A stretch of 64,000 nucleotides of DNA, from IMG/VR virus record IMGVR_UViG_3300032050_014001, positions 1 to 64,000 of that record. One strand, 5' to 3'. Positions 48,787 to 57,332 of this stretch are shown in pieces. The notes beneath the pieces were generated by a model. The model made no database searches and was not told where the DNA came from. It saw only the letters and a list, made by a program, of their open reading frames with translations. Numbering within the stretch: the first letter of the stretch is position 1; the number at the start of each line of letters is the position of its first letter. Made by a program: the position numbers and the translations under genes. This DNA is from a virus (Duplodnaviria > Caudoviricetes).

Positions 48787-49284
48787 ATGCCTTATAAAAT
48801 AAAAAAACAAGGTTCAGGTTACTTTGTTGTTAATGCCAAAACAGGTAAAAAGAAAAACATTAAAGCACATAAAACAAAAACAGAAGCACAAAAACATTTA
48901 ACTGCACTTAATATTAATGTCAGAGAATCATTTGATTCATTGTGTAATGATTTATTAAAAGCTTACTTGTTCGAAACTGTTACATCTTCATTATCTGGCG
49001 GTTCTTTGGATTTAGATAATAATGATGATCATAAAGCTGCAGCTGCAGAAATGCTTAAACAAGATCCTGAATTACAAAATGAATTAGGTAAATTTAATCA
49101 ATTGAAAAAAGTTGTTGATACTAATACATGGAAAACCATACCGCAAAATCAACAAAAAAAGATTATTGAAGTAGCAAAAAGAAAATTACAACAAGGACAA
49201 AAAAATAATGCCGCAAGTAATATTACTCCGGCATTACCTCCTACAAATATAACTGCTACTGGTGGTACTAGTAACGCTGCTTAA
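48787..49284 (+). CDS. Hypothetical protein with a basic N-terminal MPYKIKK domain
   Basis: Start re-called to the ATG at 48787; internal ESFDSL..YLFE motif. Confidence 0.55.
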   Translation: MPYKIKKQGSGYFVVNAKTGKKKNIKAHKTKTEAQKHLTALNINVRESFDSLCNDLLKAYLFETVTSSLSGGSLDLDNNDDHKAAAAEMLKQDPELQNELGKFNQLKKVVDTNTWKTIPQNQQKKIIEVAKRKLQQGQKNNAASNITPALPPTNITATGGTSNAA

Positions 49285-49934
49285 CGAGACTGAGAGAATT
49301 CTACAAACTTATAGAATTCAGCTCGAGCATTATTACCATTATCCATATAAGCTCCTGACATCTTAGCTGTTCTCATAGTAGAATCATGTTTGATACCTCT
49401 ATTGGAACAACATGTATGTTTGCATTCAATAAGAACAGCAACACCTTTATTACCTTCACAGATACTATTGACATAGTCATGAATTTGTGAAGTTAGTCCT
49501 TCTTGAATTTGCGGCCTCCTAGAAAACCAATCAACAATACGATTCAATTTAGATAATCCAATAACTTTACCTTCTGGTGATGGAATATAAGCTACATGAG
49601 CTACACCAGTAAAGGCTGCGTGGTGATGTGAACAAAGAGATGTTACTTTGATATTATTTTGACAAACCATTCCATCATAGCCATCTTCATTATCAAATGC
49701 TGTGATATTTGGAGGTTCATTATAACATCCAGAAATAAGATCATTAACAAATGCTTTAGCTACACGTCTAGGTGTATCAGCACTATTAGTATCAGATTTC
49801 CAATCAAATTGCAATGCATCTAAGAATTGGGCATATGCTGCAGCTGCTTTCTCAATAACAGCCTTTTTATCAGATTCATCTAATGGCAAATTACCATTAG
49901 CTCTTGTCAATAATTTATTACCTAGTTTAGACAT
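49281..49934 (-). CDS. folE: GTP cyclohydrolase I
   Basis: TPRRVAK, SLCSHH, GLSKLNR, RPQIQE, HTC..RG. Confidence 0.95.
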   Translation of the reverse strand: MSKLGNKLLTRANGNLPLDESDKKAVIEKAAAAYAQFLDALQFDWKSDTNSADTPRRVAKAFVNDLISGCYNEPPNITAFDNEDGYDGMVCQNNIKVTSLCSHHHAAFTGVAHVAYIPSPEGKVIGLSKLNRIVDWFSRRPQIQEGLTSQIHDYVNSICEGNKGVAVLIECKHTCCSNRGIKHDSTMRTAKMSGAYMDNGNNARAEFYKFVEFSQSR

Positions 49935-49940
49935 TAAACC

Positions 49941-49968
49941 ATTATAAAATGGTTTCGTTTGATATCAA
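49941..49968 (-). promoter_or_regulatory. Sigma70-like promoter of folE
   Basis: TTGATA-N16-TATAAT, 6 nt before the ATG; the -10 lies within the inverted repeat AAACCATT-ttat-AATGGTTT. Confidence 0.7.
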
Positions 49969-50780
49969 TATTTTATAAGATAATTCACTGTAACAAATGG
50001 TTGCATGTTATTGTGAGCGACATTATTACCAGCTGTTCCGGTAAAACCTCCGGCCGGGCTAGTTTCACCCACATAAGCTGATACATCAGGTGAAAATGTT
50101 GTGTCGTTATTTTTAGACTCTTCAATAGCTTTAGCTGCCTTATCTGCCGGTGCAAATGAAATTACAGCATTGCCTCTAGAGTAATTACCGTGCACTCTAT
50201 ACATATCGATATATCTATAGTCTAGATGTGCAATATTGAAATATTGGTGAGTGTGACTATTTGGGTGTGAATGTGACGGTAATTCTGATTGTGTTAATGG
50301 ATGATAAAATTCTCCTGAGGCACCTGGATTTTTTCCTAAGGAAATATTTTGCCCTGATTTCCAATTTCCAAATAAAGGATTAAGAGGTGACGTCCCATTA
50401 CAATATCCCATAATTACCCTACCCCTTAAGTCTGGTAAAGAAAATGATTCTGCAGCTGTTGGTCCATATAAACTACCTATCACATCATATAACTTCTTGT
50501 ATTTTGTTCTAGACACCATATTACCATTACACAATAACCACCCCGGAATACTATCTACACTAGCTACTTTTCCTGTATATGCCTTTATGGATCCTATAGG
50601 CATCACTTCTTCAAGAGATTCTTTTATTTCTCCTTTTATATAAGACATTAAATCATTGAGTGGTGTATATCTCGTTTCTAATTTTTTATCTACAGGATTT
50701 TTTTGATTTACGACAAAAGCTTCATCACCTAAAAGGGTATATGCTGTTTTTAAATTCGATATAGGTAATTGATCATCCAT
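49965..50780 (-). CDS. Tail collar domain protein (short fibre), paralog 1
   Basis: PIGSIKAY, GWLLCNG, LPDLRGR, HSH, HNNMQPF..NYLIKY. Confidence 0.85.
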   Translation of the reverse strand: MDDQLPISNLKTAYTLLGDEAFVVNQKNPVDKKLETRYTPLNDLMSYIKGEIKESLEEVMPIGSIKAYTGKVASVDSIPGWLLCNGNMVSRTKYKKLYDVIGSLYGPTAAESFSLPDLRGRVIMGYCNGTSPLNPLFGNWKSGQNISLGKNPGASGEFYHPLTQSELPSHSHPNSHTHQYFNIAHLDYRYIDMYRVHGNYSRGNAVISFAPADKAAKAIEESKNNDTTFSPDVSAYVGETSPAGGFTGTAGNNVAHNNMQPFVTVNYLIKY

Positions 50781-50781
50781 T

Positions 50782-51846
50782 TTAATATTTAATTAAAAAA
50801 TTCATTGCAACATTGGGTTGTATATTAGAATGAAACTGATCTCCTCCCCGTGACCCATAACCGGCACCGGATTTTACATTATTATCATACTGCGGATCTA
50901 TTATAGGAAAGGGCATTTTGTTTCTGTTTTTTATTTCATCTATAAATTCTTTTTTATATGTAAAAATAGTTCTTATGGGATTATTACTGATATATTTCTT
51001 AACCGCTCTTATTCTTTCAGGATAATATGATTTATAATTTAATCGATTAAATAAAATTTTTTCATAATTTTTACTAGCTATTAGACCCACCTGTGCACCG
51101 CCAACACCAAAATAAACATGATCAATATTACCAGGAGTTGGTGACAACCCCTGTAAATTTATCCAATTTATGGAATCTGATTCTATATTTTGATTTTGCT
51201 TTGTATCAAAAAACCCATAAACAGGCCCCCATCTTATAACCCATCTACCTTTTCCGCGATTATAATCAGCCATATTTGCATAATTAAAAATTTTATGCGT
51301 ATGCACTGGTACAGAATGGATATGGTTTTGAATATTTTCATTCTTTAACTGATGAAAGAATTCACCCCTATCAGGATAATTTGCATTATTACCTTCTCCT
51401 AGATGTAATTCTTCTCCCGCAGGCCAATTACCAAAATCGGGTTCATATGATTCACCAGTATGTGAATATCCCATTTCTATACGACCCTTTAAATCAGGTA
51501 AGGAAAATAATACATTATCAGCTGGGCCATATGTTTCACCTAATTTATTCCATAGCTCCGGGTAATCATCCTTTCTTACTTGCCTGCCATTACATAATAA
51601 CCACCCCTTTATGGATTCCTGGCCTAATACCTTTCCCGCAAATGGGATTATTGTGCCTACTTCAATAAATCCAGATAGTAGTTTTTTAGCTTCTTCTTTT
51701 GCAAATTGTGTTATAACAGATAATGGTAATGACTTTGTTTCAAATGTATTATTTTCATTTCTTTGATTAATCAATATAGAAATAGGATTAGCTGATAGAC
51801 TATAAGATTTATCTAATTCAGAAATTTTAACAGGAAAATCAGCCAT
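50782..51846 (-). CDS. Tail collar domain protein, paralog 2
   Basis: VGTIIPFAG, GWLLCNG, LPDLKGR, HIH, HSNIQP..NFLIKY. Confidence 0.85.
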   Translation of the reverse strand: MADFPVKISELDKSYSLSANPISILINQRNENNTFETKSLPLSVITQFAKEEAKKLLSGFIEVGTIIPFAGKVLGQESIKGWLLCNGRQVRKDDYPELWNKLGETYGPADNVLFSLPDLKGRIEMGYSHTGESYEPDFGNWPAGEELHLGEGNNANYPDRGEFFHQLKNENIQNHIHSVPVHTHKIFNYANMADYNRGKGRWVIRWGPVYGFFDTKQNQNIESDSINWINLQGLSPTPGNIDHVYFGVGGAQVGLIASKNYEKILFNRLNYKSYYPERIRAVKKYISNNPIRTIFTYKKEFIDEIKNRNKMPFPIIDPQYDNNVKSGAGYGSRGGDQFHSNIQPNVAMNFLIKY

Positions 51847-51852
51847 TACACA

Positions 51853-51874
51853 TATTTAATAAAAATCATAAATA
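51853..51874. promoter_or_regulatory. Divergent pair of TAAATA late promoters
   Basis: TATTTA at 51853-51858 (6 nt from ATG 51846, -) and TAAATA at 51869-51874 (5 nt from ATG 51880, +). Confidence 0.65.
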
Positions 51875-51879
51875 TAAAC

Positions 51880-52293
51880 ATGAAGCGTTTTAATAAGGTT
51901 ATTGAGAATAGTCTTAAAGATAGTCAATTGGTGAGAGTAAAACTTAAAGTTGATCCTGCTAACTGTACTTCAGGTGAAATATTAAAATATAATGGATATG
52001 AAGGCTATATATTAGCAGAAAAAGAAACCTTTTATACAGTGTATGTGGAAAATATTGGATTAGCTGTTGACCTACCTAAAACTATTGTATCAATACAAGA
52101 TACTTTAAATCCAGTAGAGAAGTTAAAAATTAATGCATTACAATTTTTAATTAATAAAGGATTAGCAGATGAAATTCTATTAAAATCTATTTACATGGCT
52201 CATACACCAGAATGTGTTGAAGCATTTTTGAGAGAAAAAGGAATGTCTGATTTTGATATTTTAGCAGTATATAAAAATGCTTTATTTTGTTAA
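51880..52293 (+). CDS. Hypothetical late protein
   Basis: MKRFNKVIEN; own TAAATA. Confidence 0.6.
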   Translation: MKRFNKVIENSLKDSQLVRVKLKVDPANCTSGEILKYNGYEGYILAEKETFYTVYVENIGLAVDLPKTIVSIQDTLNPVEKLKINALQFLINKGLADEILLKSIYMAHTPECVEAFLREKGMSDFDILAVYKNALFC

Positions 52294-53048
52294 TATTTGA
52301 TAATATAATTTACAGCTAGATAAGGCTGAATATTATTATGTGGCATATTTCCACCTGTATTTGTTAAAGCAATAATAGTAGATGCTGTTGTTTTTTCATC
52401 ATACTTAGGATTGCGTTGGCCGTTTTTTCTGCGTTTTGCTTCATTTAAAACTGATGGGCTGTGTGGTGTTCTTGCCGTGTTAGTACCTCCATCATTTTCC
52501 CACCAATCAAATTTTGTTAAATCCAAATAATCATGGGTATGACCAACAGTATCACTATGCGTATGTGAAGCTAATTCACTCTCTGTTAAACGATGTCTAT
52601 ATTCACCACCAGTTTCAGCCAATGAAACTTCAATTCCCGTATCACCTAATAATATAGGTTGTTTGTTTGTGCCGCAATATCCTAAAGGTATTTTCCCTCT
52701 AAAGTCAGGTAATATGAATGTTTCTCCAGTAGTAGTACCATATATACCGCCTATCACTTTATATAGTTCTGAGTATCTAACCCGCGAAACGGCCTGGCCA
52801 TTACATACCAGCCATCCATCGAGTTTATCAAATTGTGTTATATCACCAGCATACATCTTTACACAACCAACAGGAATTTGTTTTAACAACATTTTATTGA
52901 CAGCTGCTTCAATATATTTTGAAATATCACTAGTTGTTGTATAACGCGTTTCGAGAACTTTGTTTACTTCTTGATTAACAACAAAAACATCATTTTCATC
53001 AAGCGGGTATGCTTTTTGCAATTCTGATATTTTTATCATATTATCCAT
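52290..53048 (-). CDS. Tail collar domain protein, paralog 3
   Basis: PVGCVKMYAG, GWLVCNG, LPDFRGK, HTH, HNNIQPY..NYIIKY. Confidence 0.85.
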   Translation of the reverse strand: MDNMIKISELQKAYPLDENDVFVVNQEVNKVLETRYTTTSDISKYIEAAVNKMLLKQIPVGCVKMYAGDITQFDKLDGWLVCNGQAVSRVRYSELYKVIGGIYGTTTGETFILPDFRGKIPLGYCGTNKQPILLGDTGIEVSLAETGGEYRHRLTESELASHTHSDTVGHTHDYLDLTKFDWWENDGGTNTARTPHSPSVLNEAKRRKNGQRNPKYDEKTTASTIIALTNTGGNMPHNNIQPYLAVNYIIKY

Positions 53049-53081
53049 AGATTATCTTTATTTAAGGTTTATGATATTTTT

Positions 53082-53663
53082 ATGAGTACATATGTCTCTA
53101 CTAAGATAATTGAATTGGGTTCTTGTGCATTTAGACAATGGAAAGCTGTACAATCCCATTGTAGTCGCGTCCATGGATATCAGTTAAAGGCTAAATTTTG
53201 GTTTGGTTGTTCAGAATTAGACGAACGTAATTGGGCTGTAGACTTTGGTGGCCTCAAAGAACTTAAAGCAAAATTACAGGATCAATTTGATCATACATTA
53301 TGTATTGCAGCTGATGATCCTCAATTGTCTTTATTTCAACAATTACATGATGCAAAGGCTTGTGATTTAAGAATCATGCCTAACGGTGTTGGTATTGAAA
53401 GAACAGCAGAATTCTGTTTCAATCTCGCATCAGAACATATCAAGACATTAACAAATGGAAGGTGTTGGGTAGAGAAAGTAGAAGTATGGGAGCACGATCT
53501 TAATTCTGCGACATATGAAGGTAAAACTTTAACAGAAGCTGTTGTACAAGCAGCTACAACACCAGTACCACCAGCATCAACGCGAGTAAGTCATGGTGCA
53601 GCCGTTGGTAATCAAGTAACAACAGGGTTGGGTGGTTTATTTAAAGGAACTAGCTGGGGATGA
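53082..53663 (+). CDS. queD: 6-carboxy-tetrahydropterin synthase (QueD/PTPS)
   Basis: HCSRVHGY, VDFGGLK, FDHT, VEVWEH; upstream TAGATT-N16-TATGAT. Confidence 0.88.
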   Translation: MSTYVSTKIIELGSCAFRQWKAVQSHCSRVHGYQLKAKFWFGCSELDERNWAVDFGGLKELKAKLQDQFDHTLCIAADDPQLSLFQQLHDAKACDLRIMPNGVGIERTAEFCFNLASEHIKTLTNGRCWVEKVEVWEHDLNSATYEGKTLTEAVVQAATTPVPPASTRVSHGAAVGNQVTTGLGGLFKGTSWG

Positions 53664-53860
53664 TAAAAAGAGAAAGAGATCCTAATTTAGTAGGACTTGA
53701 AAATAATATATTTTCAAAAATGAATGAAATTTTGGGGCCCGATATAAAACAATCGAGCCCTAAAACAGATGTAAAATTTGTTTCTTTCGAAGATGCTTTA
53801 AAAGAATTATTAGAATTAGAAAAATCTAGTGTTGTACCGTCTCTAACTTCTTCACAATAA
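53660..53860 (+). CDS. Small hypothetical protein
   Basis: ATGA overlap with the queD stop. Confidence 0.5.
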   Translation: MIKRERDPNLVGLENNIFSKMNEILGPDIKQSSPKTDVKFVSFEDALKELLELEKSSVVPSLTSSQ

Positions 53861-54593
53861 ATTTAAGAATCTGAGATCTTACAACTTCATTTTCTGTGAA
53901 GAGGAAGGTATGAATACCTTGTTCTTCACTTTCTTCATTATTAAAGACATGTCTAATTTTGGAGAATCCTGATTTATTTCCAATATCTGCTTGAAATGAA
54001 TCACCTATAATAATATATTTTGAATTCTCTCCGAAACGTGTCAAAATAGTTGTTAATTCAGCAGAATTCATATTCTGTGCTTCATCTACAATAACGACAG
54101 AATCTCTGAATGTTAAACCACGGACGAAATTAACAGGCATACATTTAACAAAATTATCTCTCATGAGATCTCCGCCAATTTTAGGGCCTACTAATTCATC
54201 TAGTTTCTCTATCAAAGGTAATGACCATGGTTGAAACTTTTCTTGCAATTCGCCAGGCAAAGATCCCATACTTTTCGAAGCGCTTTCTACTATACTTCTA
54301 ATATAGATAATATTATTAATAGATTTTGTTTTGAGCATTTGTAATCCAGCTAAAACCGCAAGATAGGTCTTGGCTGTTCCGGCGGGCCCATCAACAAATA
54401 CCATTTTTGTTTGATCATACATTAGCATTTCAAGGAATGAATTATGAACATCATTCAGTTTGAATTTGTTTTGTATTTTAAAATTACAAAACCAATCTTT
54501 TCGTTTGCTAACTTCTAGGTTATGAAGAAGTACATCTGCATCTAATTTGAGATCCTCTTCTTCTTGCATCCGTTTTCTGGTTTTCTTGGCCAT
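53826..54593 (-). CDS. phoH: PhoH-family ATPase
   Basis: GPAGTAKT, LPG, RGLTF, DEAQN, GDSFQAD, VRS. Confidence 0.93.
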   Translation of the reverse strand: MAKKTRKRMQEEEDLKLDADVLLHNLEVSKRKDWFCNFKIQNKFKLNDVHNSFLEMLMYDQTKMVFVDGPAGTAKTYLAVLAGLQMLKTKSINNIIYIRSIVESASKSMGSLPGELQEKFQPWSLPLIEKLDELVGPKIGGDLMRDNFVKCMPVNFVRGLTFRDSVVIVDEAQNMNSAELTTILTRFGENSKYIIIGDSFQADIGNKSGFSKIRHVFNNEESEEQGIHTFLFTENEVVRSQILKFIVKKLETVQH

Positions 54594-54642
54594 TAAACTT
54601 ATTTATGGGTGATTTGCATACATGCCCACGTTATTATAAAAC

Positions 54643-55395
54643 ATGGATAATTTAGATGATAATGAAACAATGTTTATCTCTGATGATAAACTCTTTTATA
54701 CGTTAGAAGGAGAAGGTAAGTATGTCGGCATGCCCTCTGTATTCTTACGTTTATCAATGTGTAATCTTACTTGTAAAGGATTTGCATCTCCTGATTCGCC
54801 GCATGGATGTGATTCATTTGTTTCTTGGTCTGTTAAGAACAAGATGACATTTAAAGAGATTGATCAATATATGCTTGATAATGGCTTTATTGAGAGATTA
54901 AAAGCTGGGGCTATCCTTAAGCTTACTGGAGGAGAACCTTTTTTACAAGAAAAGAAATTATTAAAATTTATTAGTTATTTTGAATTAAAAAATGGATTTA
55001 TTCCAAAAATTGATTTTGAAACAAATGGTACATTGGTGCCTTCAGATGAATGGTTAGATCTAGGTGCGACATTTACTGTATCGCCAAAATTATCTTCTAA
55101 CGGCGATCCAGAGAAGAAGCGATATAATCTTGATGCTCTAAAATGGCATAAGAATAGTAATCGTTCATCTTTTAAATTTGTGGTTCAATCTGAAGATGAT
55201 ATTGATGAAATTGTTGAAAAATATATTAATAAATTATTTTTAGATAATAAAGATATTTGGTTTATGCCTTGTTGCGGTTCTCGAGTAGAACATACTGAAA
55301 AAGCAACACAAGTAGCTGAATGGGCTAAGCAATGGAATGTTAATTTTTCACCTAGGTTACATTTAGTACTTTGGAATAAAGCTCTTAAAGTTTAA
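54643..55395 (+). CDS. queE: 7-carboxy-7-deazaguanine synthase (QueE, radical SAM)
   Basis: FYTLEGEG, FLRLSMCNLTC...CDS, TGGEP, ETNG, VSPK, SPRLH. Confidence 0.9.
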   Translation: MDNLDDNETMFISDDKLFYTLEGEGKYVGMPSVFLRLSMCNLTCKGFASPDSPHGCDSFVSWSVKNKMTFKEIDQYMLDNGFIERLKAGAILKLTGGEPFLQEKKLLKFISYFELKNGFIPKIDFETNGTLVPSDEWLDLGATFTVSPKLSSNGDPEKKRYNLDALKWHKNSNRSSFKFVVQSEDDIDEIVEKYINKLFLDNKDIWFMPCCGSRVEHTEKATQVAEWAKQWNVNFSPRLHLVLWNKALKV

Positions 55396-55396
55396 T

Positions 55397-55804
55397 ATGG
55401 ATACACAAAAAGTTTCAAAAATCTTTATCATGAATGGTGATAAAGTGTTACTCTTGTTATCTAAACACTTAAACAAATATCATTTACCCGGTGGTCATGT
55501 AGATCAAAATGAAACATTCGAACAAGCTCTGCAGAGAGAAGTTCATGAAGAAACAGGACAACAATTAAAATATTACCATCGTATAGGATTTACTAGTTAT
55601 AATATTTGTTTATATATTGGTAAATTAAAATCCAATCATATCAAATTATCAGATGAACATTTAAAATATATTTGGGCACCTGTTAAAGATGCTTTAAAAT
55701 TAAATGTATGTAAATTTACATTTAGAGATATTCGATATTTACAAACCATTTTAAATGTAACAAAAAACACTGTTATTGACTCTACTGAAGAAGAAGATAA
55801 TTAA
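55397..55804 (+). CDS. Nudix hydrolase
   Basis: Nudix box GGHVDQNETFEQALQREVHEETG. Confidence 0.9.
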   Translation: MDTQKVSKIFIMNGDKVLLLLSKHLNKYHLPGGHVDQNETFEQALQREVHEETGQQLKYYHRIGFTSYNICLYIGKLKSNHIKLSDEHLKYIWAPVKDALKLNVCKFTFRDIRYLQTILNVTKNTVIDSTEEEDN

Positions 55805-55808
55805 TATT

Positions 55809-56552
55809 ATGAGAATTGCAATTAGTGGTACATCAAATATTGGAAAAACCACGTTAATCGAGGACTTCATTAAAGAATGGCCAAATTATACAAAAAATAA
55901 TTATACTTATCGTTCTTTATTAAAGAATCATAGTAAGAGTACGGATCAAGATACACAATGGATGATCTTGAATAATATGATTGATGAGTTACAAAAGTAT
56001 AGTAAAGATGATTATGTAATTTTTGATCGATGCCCACTAGATAATTTAATTTATTCACTTTGGGCAAATGGATATAAAAAAGTAGATGATGCATTTATTT
56101 CTAAATGCATTCCTTTAGTAAAAGAAAGTATGAAATTTTTGGATATTATTTTCTTTTTACCCATATCAAAGATGTCTCCAGTACCAATTGTTAATGACGG
56201 TAGACGTGAATCTGATCCTGAATATATTCAAGAAATTGATAATATTTTTAAAGCTATTGTTCAGCAATATCAATGTAATTTAAATTCTACACCATTTTTT
56301 CCAGCTGACGATTCGCCGGGTGTAATTGAAATTTTCGGTAATAGAGAGCAACGTATCCAATTAATTAAGCAATATTTAAATGCAAATGGTGATGTCTTTG
56401 GAGCAGAGCATGATACATTATTTTCTGAAGAAAACCTCAAAGAATTAAAAGCTCTTCTAGAAGAACAAAAAGACACACACTATTCAGAACAATTCAAGAA
56501 AGAGCAAATTGCAATGCTTAATGAATTAAAGAAAGAAATTAGTAAGTCCTAA
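55809..56552 (+). CDS. P-loop nucleoside/nucleotide kinase-like protein (AAA_28/NadR-type)
   Basis: RIAISGTSNIGKTT, IFDRCPLD; start re-called to 55809. Confidence 0.7.
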   Translation: MRIAISGTSNIGKTTLIEDFIKEWPNYTKNNYTYRSLLKNHSKSTDQDTQWMILNNMIDELQKYSKDDYVIFDRCPLDNLIYSLWANGYKKVDDAFISKCIPLVKESMKFLDIIFFLPISKMSPVPIVNDGRRESDPEYIQEIDNIFKAIVQQYQCNLNSTPFFPADDSPGVIEIFGNREQRIQLIKQYLNANGDVFGAEHDTLFSEENLKELKALLEEQKDTHYSEQFKKEQIAMLNELKKEISKS

Positions 56553-57300
56553 CAACCTTAATAATATAGGTAGGTTTTTCATCCAAAACATCAGCTGTAA
56601 AATCCACAACATCTTCATTGATGGTTTGTGGATTTTCTTGTGTTACACCCTGACTTGTGGCATAATAATTATTGGTAATAAAATCTTTAATAGCCGTTTC
56701 GAATCCATACCAATCAAATGCACATACTAGCCCAGTTGTGGTCTGAATATTCATTTGTGCTGTATTAATACTTAATCCTTTACTTCTCAAGTCTGATGTA
56801 ACAGAGCCTTGTATAGCAGTATTATTTTTCTTAAATGGGGCATATACTGAAAAAGTACCCCAACCAGCATCTGTATTATTAATGTCGGTTATATAACAAG
56901 GATAAAGACATGCAGTTTCATTAGCAGGTATTACAATAAAATCTTTATCTTCTAAAAATTCTAATTCTTTAGGCGGAATGGGATCCAAATAAGAAGTTGC
57001 TGTATGTCCTGAATCAATAGTAATATTTGCAGTACCTATATATACTTGTTTAAAGTTATCATAAATTTCTGTTGATAATGTATCGATAGTACTTATTAAA
57101 TTTTCATTAATAGCTACTACATCATTTGCTATAGTTGACACAGTTACTGATAGAGTAGTATTTTCTGGTCCAATGATAAAATTTTCATAATCGATAATAG
57201 AAGTACCATCAGGTGTTTCTAATACCAAATAATCACCAGCAGCTACATTTTCTACCACCGGCAAATCAAGAATATTAATATCGTCTTTTTTAATAGCCAT
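56539..57300 (-). CDS. Putative virion fibre/structural protein
   Basis: N-terminal INILDLPVV..GDYLVL resembles the KISEL-type N-terminus of the collar paralogs; TAAATA 6 nt upstream. Confidence 0.5.
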   Translation of the reverse strand: MAIKKDDINILDLPVVENVAAGDYLVLETPDGTSIIDYENFIIGPENTTLSVTVSTIANDVVAINENLISTIDTLSTEIYDNFKQVYIGTANITIDSGHTATSYLDPIPPKELEFLEDKDFIVIPANETACLYPCYITDINNTDAGWGTFSVYAPFKKNNTAIQGSVTSDLRSKGLSINTAQMNIQTTTGLVCAFDWYGFETAIKDFITNNYYATSQGVTQENPQTINEDVVDFTADVLDEKPTYIIKVVRTY

Positions 57301-57332
57301 TGATTTTATTTACGTAAAAATTAAAATAAACT

